From the human T2T-CHM13v2.0 reference genome, Homo sapiens, in assembly GCF_009914755.1 (NCBI RefSeq), contig NC_060938.1: a stretch of DNA of 64,000 nt; one strand, given 5' to 3'. Below are positions 26,194-40,570 of this stretch, one piece after another. Position numbers and translations under genes: made by a program. Every line of letters begins with the position of its first letter. Position 1 is the stretch's first letter. The notes under the pieces were generated by a model that worked only from the letters and a program-made list of their open reading frames with translations, made no database searches and had not been told where the DNA came from.

Positions 26194-28090
26194 TATATTC
26201 TCTTCTACAGATCTGGTGGTTAGGTACTTTGAGGACTATCTGAAGATCCAAAATAGATTTCTTGTGGTCTTTGTGGCAATTAGGTAATCAGTAAAGCAGG
26301 TTGCATGTGCATACCATCTTATTCTCAGCACTGATTAAGTACTGAAGAGGATATAGAAGATAAAAGACATGATGAGGACCGCCTTGGGTGATCTGTTTAT
26401 GATAATCAATGTTACCCATTCTTCAGGGCTTAGCTTAGTCATATGTATTGATCCCATTAATCCTATTTTGTTCTTCTAAGACTTCAAACCAGCAATTCTT
26501 ACCTCCTCTCCATGACTCTGTGATTTGACTTCTGCCTTATCATCCTCACACAACTTGCGTTTCAACCACATGAATCTATGTACAGTTTTCTAAAACACAA
26601 TGTTTTCTCTAAGATTTTTTTTTCCTGGTTTTAATGACTTTCCTAACTCCTCTCTTTCTGGTAAGCTCTTAATTATGCTTCAAAGGTCAGCTCAAATATC
26701 ATCTCCTTTGGAAAGCCTTCTCAGGACCTCTCTTAGTAAAATTAATCATTTTTTCCTCTTTCCATGTAAAATAGTATAAGCCTGCTTTTTTTTATTGACA
26801 CTTATGGCAGTGCTGTGATTACTATTTGTTAGTGTTTGTCTCCTCACGTAGAATTCATCTTTCCATTTGTAGCACTGAGTACAGTTTCTGAAAAATAGGA
26901 AATACTAATACAACCAACATATGACCAGGTCTCCATGGAGAATCTTTGCTCTTGAAGCCAAACTCTGCATTCATGAAATCTTCAGAAAACATATTTAACT
27001 TCAGAAAGCATTAGCAGTAATATACATTTTATAAACGATTTTGGGGAGAAAAGAGGATTAGGGCTTTGTATCAAACACCAAATCACTAACAACTTGATTA
27101 AAAACCTTTAGCTTTTTTCTCCCTATTTCTTTCTGTCAGGTTTCTCTTCTGCATCCTCCAATGCAAGGGGCACATCAGAATCTTTAAGTGTGTATAATGG
27201 TGTTAGTGTTGGGGGCTGGTGCATGCAAGTTGTATGTCAAATGGATGCAGATTTAAAAAGTGTACAGGGTAAATATCCAGTCTGGTAATTATGCACAAGA
27301 ATGTGAGACCCTCTATGACCTAATTTCTCCAACTTTCCGGCCCCATCTTTTGCAATTCCCTTCCTTGCCTATTCTGTTTGTAGTTTATGGTACATAACAG
27401 GACACTTCATGACAGAATTTCCTCACTCATGCACTTTGCTTTTTCAGTAGTGCAGTGTTTCACATCTTTACCTGGATTATCTCAATTCACTCCTCAAATT
27501 CTCTAAGAATCCTTACTTAAAATGTTGCAAGTCCTCCTTCTCTGTGCACTAGTGGGAGAAACTGTTCTACAGAAAAGGAGAAGCACATGAGCAAGAAATC
27601 AGCATGACAAAGAGTATGTTGTGTGCCATAAATGAAAAAGGAGATTCGCTGAAAAAGGAGGTTCAAATATGGATGTGCTCTCTTTCATACTCCTGTTAGT
27701 CTATGAGCTTCTCAAAGGTGGACAGTAAATTATGGGTTTTTGCCTGACATATAATAACTGATTAATAAGTGTGTTGAAATGAACTGTATTCTATCCCAAG
27801 TAGAATGTAGGCTTTTTCAGAGAGCATAGTTTGCATGTCTTTTAGCATATGCTGTACTGACCACAGTTCATTATTCGACAAATTAATTTTACAATTTCTC
27901 ATTGTTTTGCTACCAAAAATTACAAACCATACTTACAGAGATAAATCTGTGAATTGAGTTTCCATAATGCAAAACTTATTGGAATAGTTCACAAGAAATT
28001 TAACTGTGATGGGTCAATTCAAAATGTGTAGCTTGTTAATGACAATGTTTGTCCTTAGTCTGACCAACTCAAAACTGTTAGTCAGACTAA

Positions 28091-28384
<294 letters not shown>

Positions 28385-28548
28385 TAGGAAAGCTGTTTAT
28401 TCTGTTTGGCTGTAGTGAAATCCTTTAGTCACTTTGAAACTCTGTTGTATTATGTATAAAAATGGAGAATGTACAACTATAACTACATGAACCATATGAC
28501 TCACTTAGGCTCCATTTAATTTGATACAGACACCATGATTATCTACAT

Positions 28549-28663
28549 TATGGGTTGGTAAACTACATCCAGTGAGATATTTTGGGCTACCACCTGTTTT
28601 TTCAAATAGAGTTTTATGAACACTGCCAACCTCATTCTTTACATATTGTCTGTGGCTGCTTTC
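28549..28663 (+). mobile_element. MER58A hAT transposon, left half
   Basis: gggttggtaaactac...cctgttttt...tttacatattgtctgtggctgctttc; it resumes at 42114. Confidence 0.8.
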
Positions 28664-29730
28664 TTTTTCTTTTTTCCAACTTATTTTAAGCTCAGGGTTA
28701 CATGTGCAGGATGTGCAGATTTGTTATCTAGGTAAACATGTGCCACGGTGGTTTGCTGCACAGATCATCCTATCACCTAAGTATTAAGCCAAGCATCCAT
28801 TAGCTATTCTTCCTGATGCTCTCCTTCCTTCCACCTTTCACTTTCCAACAGGCCCCAGTGTGTGTTGTTCCCTATTATGTGTCAATGTGTTTTCATCATT
28901 CAGCTCCCGTTTATAAGTGAGAACCTGTGATGTTTGGTTTTCTGTTCCTACATTAGTTTGCTGAGAACAATGGCTTCCACCTCCATCCATGTCCCTGCAA
29001 AGGACATGATCTTGTTCCTTTTTATGGCTGCATAGTGTTCCATGGTATCTATTTACCACATTTTCTTTGTCCAGTCTATCATTGATAGACATTTATGTTG
29101 ATTCCGTGTCTTTTCCATTGTGCATAGTGCTACAGTGAACATACACATATCTGTGTCTTTATAATAGAATGATTTATATTCCTTTGGGTATATATCTAGT
29201 AATGGGATTGCTGGGTCAAACGGTATTCCTGCCTCTAGGTCTTTGAGGAATCGCTACACTGTTTTCCATATGGTTGAACTAATTTACACTTCTACAAACA
29301 GTATAAAATCATTTTTTTCTGTGCAACCTCACCAGCATCTTTTTTTTTTTAACTTTTTAATAAAAGCCATTCTGAACTGGCATGAGATGGTATCTCATTG
29401 TGGTTTTGATTTGCATTTTTCTAATGATCAGTGATGTTGAGCTTTTTTCATATTTTCGTTGGCCACATGTATGTCTTCTTTTGAGAAGTGTCGGTTCACA
29501 TTCTTTGCCCACTTTTTAATGGGGTTGTTTTTATTTTCTTGTGTATTTGTTTAAGTTCCTTGTAGATGCTGAATATTAGATCTTTGTCAAATAAATAGAT
29601 TGCAAAAATTTTCTTTCATTCTGTAGGTTGCCTCTTCACTCTGATGATAGTTTCTTTTGCTGTGCCGAAACGCTTTAGTTTATTTAGATCCCATTTGTTA
29701 ATTTTTGCTTTTGCTGCAATTGCTTTTGCA
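28664..29730 (-). mobile_element. Outer L1PA (about PA8-PA11), 3' part
   Basis: T-rich tail, a 3'UTR with gcacagatcatcc...ccattagctattcttcctgatgctctcc, then antisense ORF2. Confidence 0.9.
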
Positions 29731-30470
29731 ATTATATTAGTATGCTTTAGGTTCTGGGATACATGTATAGAATGTGCAGGTTTGTTACACAGCTATACAT
29801 GTGCCATGGTGGTTTGTGGCACCCATCAACCCATCATCTACATTAGGTATTTCTCCTAATACTATCCCTCCCCTAGCCCCCATACCCTGACAGGCCCCAG
29901 TGTGTGATGTTCTCCTCCCTGTGTCCGTGTGTTCTCATTGTTCAACTCCCACTTATGAGTGAGAACATGCAGTCTTTGGTTTTCTGTTTCTGTGTTAGTT
30001 TGCTGAGAATTATGGTTTCTGATTTCATCCATGTCCCTGCAAAGGACATGAACTCATCCTTTTTTATGACTGCATAGTATTCCATGGTGTATATGTGCCA
30101 CATTTTCTTCATCCTATTATTGATGGACATTTGGGTTGGTTCCAAGTCTTTGCTATTGTGAATAGTGCCACAATAAACATATGTGTGCATGTGCCTTTAC
30201 AGCAGCATGATTTATAATCCTTTGGGTATATACCCAGTAATGGGATTGCTGGGTCAAATGGTATTTCTGCTTCTAGATCCTTAAGGAATCACCACACTGT
30301 TTTCCACAGTGGTTGAACTAATTTACACTCCCACCAACAGTGTAAAAGTGTTCCTATTTCTCCACATCCTCTCCAGCATCTGTTGTTTCCTGACTTTTTA
30401 ATGATCTCCATTCTAACTGGCATGAGATGGTATCTCACTGTGGTTTTGATTTCCACTTCTCTAATGACCA
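29731..30470 (-). mobile_element. Inner L1PA (about PA6-PA7), non-inverted 3' segment
   Basis: A second 3'UTR (cacccatcaacccatcatctacattaggtatttctcc) and ORF2 C-terminal frames at 29942-30190 and 30289-30495. Confidence 0.9.
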
Positions 30471-31023
30471 AATAAACATCTACAGAACTCTCCACCCCAA
30501 ATCAACAAAATATGCATTCTTCTCAACCCCACATCACACTTATTCTAAAATCAACCACATGATTTTAAGTAAAACACTCCTCAGCAAATGCAAAAGAACA
30601 GATATCATAACAGTCTGTTAGATCACAGTGCAATCAAACTAGAACTCAGGGTTAAGAAACTCACTCAAAACCGCACAACTACATGGAACCTGAACAACTT
30701 GCTCCTGAATGACTACTGGGTAGATAATGAAATTAAGGCAGAAATAAATAAGTTCTTTGAAACCAATGAGAACAAAGACACAATGTACCAGAATCTCTGG
30801 GACATAACTAAAGCAGTTTTGAGAGGGAAATTTATAGCACTAAATGTCCACAGAAGAAAGCAGGAAAGATCTAAAATCGACATCCTAACCTCACAATTAA
30901 AAGAACTAGAGAAGCAAGAGCAAATAAATTCAAAAGCTAGCAGAAGGCAAGAAATAACTAAGATCAGAGCAGAACTGAAGGAGACAGAGGTACAGAAAAC
31001 CCTTCAAAAAAAATCAGTGAATC
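30471..31023 (+). mobile_element. Inner L1PA inverted segment, part 1 (ORF2 endonuclease end and linker)
   Basis: ORFs 30427-30621 (IYRTLHPKST) and 30588-31028 (DHSAIKLEL...[11 protein letters not shown]...YQNLWD). Confidence 0.92.
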
Positions 31024-31037
31024 AATGAAATGAGTTA

Positions 31038-31719
31038 TTTTGTTGTTGTTTGTTTGTTTTTCATTCACCAGTCAGTTTTATTTACTCACAAAAACAAATC
31101 CAAAGCCTGGTGCAGCAGCTCTGAGCTCAGACCTGCCCTGCCCTGTTTTGTAGGCCTGTACTTGAAACACTGAACATGACGTGTCCTTCATTCACCACAG
31201 CACTTTAATCCCCACAACAGCCCTGCGAAGTAGGAATCACCACCCTTCCCCCCAACTCATGTTACAGATGGGGAAACCGAGGCACACATTCAACAGAGTG
31301 CACATCACATGGGGAGTTCAGGGTTAGCCTGGAGTATGAACACATGTGACTCTTGGTTCTCACCACGGCCCAGTCAGTGGCCCACTTGGCCTCTTCCCCT
31401 CCCTTTGGTGGCCCCATCAGCAGCAGCATAAGAATCTAACCCTTCGTTTTGCTGAAAGCCCCTGCAGATGACAGTTTCCTTCCTATCATGTCTGCAGCGC
31501 TCCAAGGCTGGGGGTGACATTGAGGCCAAATTCAGCCACAATGTCTCAGCTGTGCCTCTCCTCCAGAGTGAGTGGCCGCCCCAGCATGTCCCTGGCACAT
31601 GGGTATGCATAACAGACTCCTGTCCCACACCCCTAGCACTTGAACGTGGCCACATCTCCCCAACCACTGAGCCCACACAGCGTGCACAGGTGGGGAGTTG
31701 ACTTTAGTGGCATTCCTCC
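31038..31719 (-). pseudogene. GPAT4: GPAT4 retrocopy: distal 3'UTR, poly(A) signal and degraded poly(A) tail
   Basis: Degraded T-tract at 31038-31061 and AATAAA on the minus strand at 31077-31082. It is joined to the coding part across the HERV-H TSD. UTR identity is inferred from this continuity. Confidence 0.75.
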
Positions 31720-32093
31720 TGTCACACGCATCCATGTGAAGAGACCACCAAACAGGCTTTGTGTGAGCAATAAAGCTTTTTAATCACCTGGGTGCAGGCG
31801 GGCTGAGTCTGAAAAGAGAGTCAGCAAAGGGAGATGGGATGGTGCAGTTTTATAGTATTTGGGTAGATAGTGGAAAATTACAGTTAAAGGAGGTTGTTCT
31901 CTTGCGGGCAGTGGCAGGGGTCACAAGGTGCTCAGTGGGGAGCTCTGGAGACTTATTGTCCAGGAGAAGGAATGTCACAGGGTAATGTCATCAGTTAAGG
32001 CAAGAACCAGCCATTTTCACTTCTTTTGAGGTTGTTCAGTTGCCTCAGGCCATCTGGATGTATACGTGCAGGCTTGGGCTCAGAGGCTTGACA
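31720..32093 (-). mobile_element. 3' LTR (LTR7 family)
   Basis: Minus strand runs tgtcaagcctctgagcccaagc...gtgtgaca with intact TATAAA and ATTAAA. It is preceded by the PPT ataagaagacaggaa at 32094-32108. Confidence 0.93.
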
Positions 32094-33299
32094 TTCCTGT
32101 CTTCTTATATTAATAAGAAAAACAAAACAAAATAGTGGTCAAGTGTTGGAGCAGCAAAAATTTTGGGGGGTGGTATGGAGTGATAATGGGTGATGTTTCT
32201 TAGGGCTGCTTCGAGAGGGATTAGGGGTGGCTTGGAAACCTAGTGTGGGAGAGATTAAACTGAAGAAATATTTTGGGGTAAAGGGTGATATTGTGGGGTT
32301 GTTAGAAGGAGCATTTGTCATATAGAATGATTGGTGATGGCCTGGATACTGTTTTGTTTGAATTGAGAAACTAAATAGAAGACACAAGGTCTGATTAAGA
32401 GAAGGAGAAAAACAGGTATTGAAGGACTAAGAATTGAGAGGACCTAGGACATCCAATTAGAGAATGTCCAAGGGGGTTCAGTGTAATTATTTGTTTGGTT
32501 GGTGAGTTTTTGGGCTCTATCCTTGAGTTTTTTTATGTTGTCATATAGCAGGCCAGATTGATTTAGGTAAAAACAACACTCTTCATTTAAAAATGTACAG
32601 AGTCTTTCTTTTTCAGTAGTAAGTAAGTTGAGGACTATTCCTGTCTTTTTATATTAATAATAATAAAAAACAAAATAGTAGTGAAGTGTTGGTGTCATAA
32701 GGGGAATAGGAAGTTGTTCAGCCCTATTTGAAAATTGATTTTGGGGGGTAAAGAAAACCAGTGTACATGTGCCTGTCCAATTGATGGATAGACACATGTA
32801 GGTGGAGGAATCACAGAGGAAGAAGAGACCTTTGTAAGGCAAAACTGGAAATGTAAAGTGAAAAGATGAGAGGGAGCACCAAAAGGGCTTGACTGAAGTA
32901 ATGGGGGCTGTCCCTAAAGCCTTGAGGCAGCACAGCCCAGGTTAAGTTGCTGAGACTGATGGGTCTCAGGGTTAGTCCAAGTGAAAGCGAAGAGAGGCTG
33001 GGATGAAGGGTCTAAAGGAATAGTAAAGAAAGCATCTTTGAAACCCTGCACCCAGACTCTTAGGGATTTAGTGAGGGCAGCAGCCCTTAGAGGTTGTAAT
33101 GGGGATTGATGGGGCAACTGGGTAGGGGGGAGGTTCTATTTTTATGGTGTATGAGAAAGCGCATAGTGTGTATGAGTAACCTTTCACTGCTATTCATGGG
33201 GCTGGGTATAAGCAAGCAAGGGGAGAGGCTAGGAGAAGAGTTCAAAGAAGAAGGGGAAGGTAGCCAAGGATGGAGTGATATGAAGGGCAAATGTCTTAA

Positions 33300-34676
33300 A
33301 GGAAATGAGAGGTTCTAAGATGTGGGTTAGTAAGGCTTGTAACCTACAAGGTAGAGGTTATGAAAGGATGATAGAATGGGATGAGCCTGTGAGGCTGGAA
33401 AGAGGAATTTTTCTTGGTCCAAGAACCATTTGGCTTCTGTGGGAAGAGACTGATACGCGGAAGTTTCAGTGGGAGAGTAGGTGGGAGTGATAGAGGAGAA
33501 AGAAAAATACTGGCTGCTTCTTTAGCTGTCTTATCAGCATAATTGTTGCCTTGAGCAATGGGATCTGAGGCCTTTTGATGGCTTTGCAATGAAGGACTCC
33601 AGCTTCCTTTGGAAGTAATGCGGCCTTGAGATGAGTTTTTATTAAAGAGGCATTAATGATGGAGGACCCTGGTGTAGTGAGGAAACCTCTTTCAGCCCAT
33701 ATAACAGCATGGTGGTGCAGGATATGGAAAGCATGTTTAGAGTCAGTGTAAATATTGAGTTGGGAAAGGATTTAGGATCTATAGGGTCAGCTAGGTTTCC
33801 CTTTCTGAGTTTATATAATGGGTTTTTTTTAGGATAGCAAAACCAGGTATCCAAAGGCGCAAGTACCCAACCATGCCTAGGAAGGAAAGGAGTTGTTGCT
33901 TTGTAGAAGGGGTTGGGGTTTGAGAGATTAGCTGGACATGATCAGCAGGGAGAGCACGTGTGTCTTTATGAAGAATTATGCTGAGATAGGTAATGGATGA
34001 GGAAGAAATCTGGGCTTTGGAGGGGGATATGTAATATCTTTTTGAGAATAGATGTTGGAAAAGCAGGAGGGTGTCCTTTTGGGAAGTTTCACAGGGGTCT
34101 ACAAAGTAGAAGGTCATTAAAATATTGAATAAGGTGAGAAGCAGATGGATGGAAAGAAAGTAAGTTATGAGAAAGGGCTTGACTGAAGTAATGGGGACTG
34201 TCCCTGAAGCTTTGCAGCGGTACAGCCCGGGTTAAGTTGCTGAGACTGATGGGTGTCAGGGTCAATCCAAGTGAAAGGAACGAGAGGCTGGGATGAAGGG
34301 TATAAAGGAATAGTAAAGAAAGCATCTTTGAAATCCAGAATAGAATAATGGGTTGTGGAGGGAAGTATTGAAGATGGGAGAATATATGGATTTGGCACCA
34401 TGGGGTGGATAGGCAAGATAATTTGGTTGATAAGTCGAATATCCTGGACCAGCCTGTAAGACTTGTCTGGTTTTGGAAAGGTAGGATAGAAAGGTTGTAA
34501 GGAGAGTTTGTAGCCCTTAAGAGGCCATGTTGTAACAGGCAGGTGATAACAGGCTTTAACCTTTTTAAAGCCTGCTGTGGGATGGGATATTGGCATTGAG
34601 TGGGGCAAGGGTGATTAGGTTTTAATGGGATGATAAAGGGTGCATGATCGCCAAGGAGGGAGTAGAGGTATCCCAT
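33300..34676 (-). pseudogene. pol: HERV-H pol remnant (RT and RNase H, frameshifted)
   Basis: QYPIPQQAL, KPDKSYRLVQDIRLINQ, LDFKDAFFTIPL, IQYFNDLLLC (degenerate YxDD), FLGMVGY and HQK...GNNYADKTAKEAA across ORFs 34089-34676, 34165-34608, 33791-34117 and 33344-33589. Confidence 0.9.
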
Positions 34677-34807
34677 ACTTGTGGATTAAGGTAGGGAGAT
34701 ACAAGGGGAAGATGCGAAGGAGGCTTTGAACTGGGGAAAAGGGTGGCAATGAGGTGTGACTGTAGCCCAGGAATAGTCAGGGAAGCAGACAATTTAGTTA
34801 AAATGCC

Positions 34808-35053
34808 TCAACCTAATAAGGGAGCTGGGCAGGTGGGGATAACTAAAAAGGAGTGCATAAAAGAATGTTGCCCAAGTTGGCACCAGAGCTGGGGAATTTT
34901 AAGAGGTTTAGAAGCCTGACTGTCAATACCCACAGTAGTTATGGAGGCAAGGGAAAAAGGCCCTTGAAAAGAAGGTAATGTGGAGTGGGTAGCCTCCCTA
35001 TTGATTAAGAAGGGGACAGACTTACCCACCACTGTAAGAGTTACCCAAAGCAT
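34808..35053 (-). pseudogene. pro: HERV-H protease remnant
   Basis: VTLTVVGKSVPFLINREATHSTL (degenerate DTG site), VGID and PTCPAPLLG motifs. Confidence 0.85.
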
Positions 35054-35100
35054 CTGTGATAGTCCAGGAGGCTTCTGAGCTGATCAGGCAGTGTCAGTCT

Positions 35101-36104
35101 TCAGCCACTAAGTGGGAAGGAGTCAGTCAGAGAGCCTTGGGCCAGAGTTCCAGGGGCTCTTGGAGTGGCTGCCGGGTGAGTTGGACAGTCTGATTTCCAG
35201 TGGGGTCTTGCACAGATAGGACACAGCTTAGGAGGAATCCCGGGCTGTGGGCATTCCTTGGCCCAGTGGCCAGATTTCCAGCACTTGAAACAAAATCCTT
35301 GGGGAAGAGGTCCTGGAGAAATGCCTGGCCACTGCGGTTTAGGTGTTTTGAAGTTCTTGTGTGCTAGAGATGTGGCTGGAGTTTCTCTCACAATGAAAGC
35401 AAGTAATTGCAACTCAGAAATACGTTGCCACTTGGCTGCCTCTTCTCTATTATTGTACACCTTGAAGGCGAGGTTAACTAAGTCCTGTTGTAGGGTTTGA
35501 GGGCCAGAATCTAATGTTTGGAGCTTTTTCTAATGTCGGGAGCAGATCGGATAATAAAATGCATATTGAGAATAAGACGGCCTTCTGGCCTCTCTGGGTC
35601 TAGGGCGGTAAAGCATCTAAGGGTTGTTGCCAAAAGGGCCATGAACTGGGCTGGGTTTTTATATTTGATAAAAAACAGCCTAAATGCTAATTGATTTGGG
35701 AGAGGTCGGATAAAGAAAAAGGAGCATTAATCTTGACTATGCCTTCATCTCCAGCCACCTCTGTAAGAGGAAATTGTTGGGCAGGTGGGGGGAGGGCTAG
35801 TTGCAGAAAGAAACTGTAAGCCAGAGTGTGAGGAGGGGAGGTGTGTGTGAGGAGGGGAGGTGATAGAAGGATTATAGGGTGGGGGAGTGGAGGCTGAGTA
35901 AGAATTGGGACCCGGCGCGTCTTGGTGAGGAGCAGCCTGGGGAGGAGGGGAGAGGTCAGATGGGTCCACAGAAAAGGAGGATTCAAAGGACTCAGAGCTT
36001 GGGGTGGAGATTGAAGGAACAGACAGGAGAGAAAGAAAGATTTGGGATGAGTCACATTGGGAGCGGAGATTAGGGAGGGACCGATTTGAAGTTCTTGAAA
36101 ACAC
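35101..36104 (-). pseudogene. gag: HERV-H gag remnant
   Basis: Two zinc knuckles (CFKCWKSGHWAKEC and CPICARPHWKSDC), a PPPY late domain, and the capsid-start segment PLTEVAG...PFSLSDL. Confidence 0.88.
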
Positions 36105-36538
36105 AGGCTAAGGGAGAAGAAGGGGGACTGGAGGATGGAAGGTTGTCCATAATGAAGGAGGTAAGTTTAAAGAGAAAAGTAGAGACACGGAGAAGGGGGT
36201 GGTGAGCAGCCCTGGGCTGTAATGTGGGTGAGCAGCCAAAGCAGGCATTCCCGCAATTGACTTGCCACCGAGGAAATGTAGATGAATGATCAAGGCAGGT
36301 GTCCTTGTGGTGATCAGACACCAATGGAATGTGGGTGAATGATCAAGGCAGGCATCCCCGTGATGATCAAACACCAAGGGAAGACTGTCTTCCTGAGTCC
36401 ATGACCAGCGTGGGAGTTTGGGGTCCACAGATAAAATGTGTCTCCTTTGTCTCTACTAGAGAGGAAAAAGAACTGGAATTGGAAGGACAGGGAGACTGAA
36501 GGGTAGCGAGAGAGGCTGGAGAAGAGAGTGAAAAGACC

Positions 36539-36547
36539 ACTTACCTG
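36539..36547 (-). promoter_or_regulatory. HERV-H leader major splice donor
   Basis: Minus strand reads CAG|GTAAGT, a perfect consensus, about 140 nt downstream of the 5' LTR. Confidence 0.75.
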
Positions 36548-36665
36548 ATTTGAAATTGGTGAGATGTTCCTTGGGCTGGTTGGTCTGAGGACCAGAGGTT
36601 GTAGGTGGATCTCTTCACAGAGTGAGGGCAAGGACAGGGGACCGGTGTCCCAGAAGAGTCCCCTA

Positions 36666-36684
36666 TCCTGGGTCTTCGTCACCA
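36666..36684 (-). other. Primer-binding site (tRNA-Phe-like)
   Basis: TGGTGACGAAGACCCAGGA, 2 nt after the end of the 5' LTR. Confidence 0.8.
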
Positions 36685-36686
36685 AA

Positions 36687-37076
36687 TGTCACGCGCGTCT
36701 GTATGAAGAGACCACCAAACAGACTTTGTGTGAGCAATAAAGCTTTTTAATCACCTGGTGCAGGTGGACTGAGTCCAAAAAGAGAATCAGCAAAGGGAGA
36801 TAGGGGTGGGGCAGTCTTATAAGGTTCAGGTAGGTAGTTGAAAATTACAGTTAAAGATGGTTGTTCTCTTGCGGGCAGTGAGGCGGGGTGGGGGTGGGGG
36901 GTTGGTCACACGGTGCTCGGTGGGGAGCTCCGGAGACTTGTTGTCCAGGAGAAGGAATGTCACAAGGTAATGTCATCAGTTAAGGCAGGAACTGGCCATT
37001 TTCAACTTTTGTGGTTCTTCAGTTGCCTCAGGCCATCTGGATGTACACGTGCAGGCTTGGACTCAGAGGCCTGACA
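36687..37076 (-). mobile_element. 5' LTR (LTR7 family)
   Basis: Minus strand runs tgtcaggcctctgagtccaagc...cgcgcgtgaca. It is roughly 90% identical to the 3' LTR by eye. Confidence 0.93.
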
Positions 37077-37081
37077 CCTCC

Positions 37082-40570
<3,489 letters not shown>

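Larger units (their letters stand above)
31720..37076 (-). mobile_element. HERV-H provirus, two LTRs, internally deleted (about 5.36 kb, no recognisable env)
   Basis: Two LTR7-family repeats with TG...CA ends, a perfect 5-bp TSD cctcc (31715-31719 and 37077-37081), PBS, PPT, and gag-pro-pol remnants in order. Confidence 0.96.
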
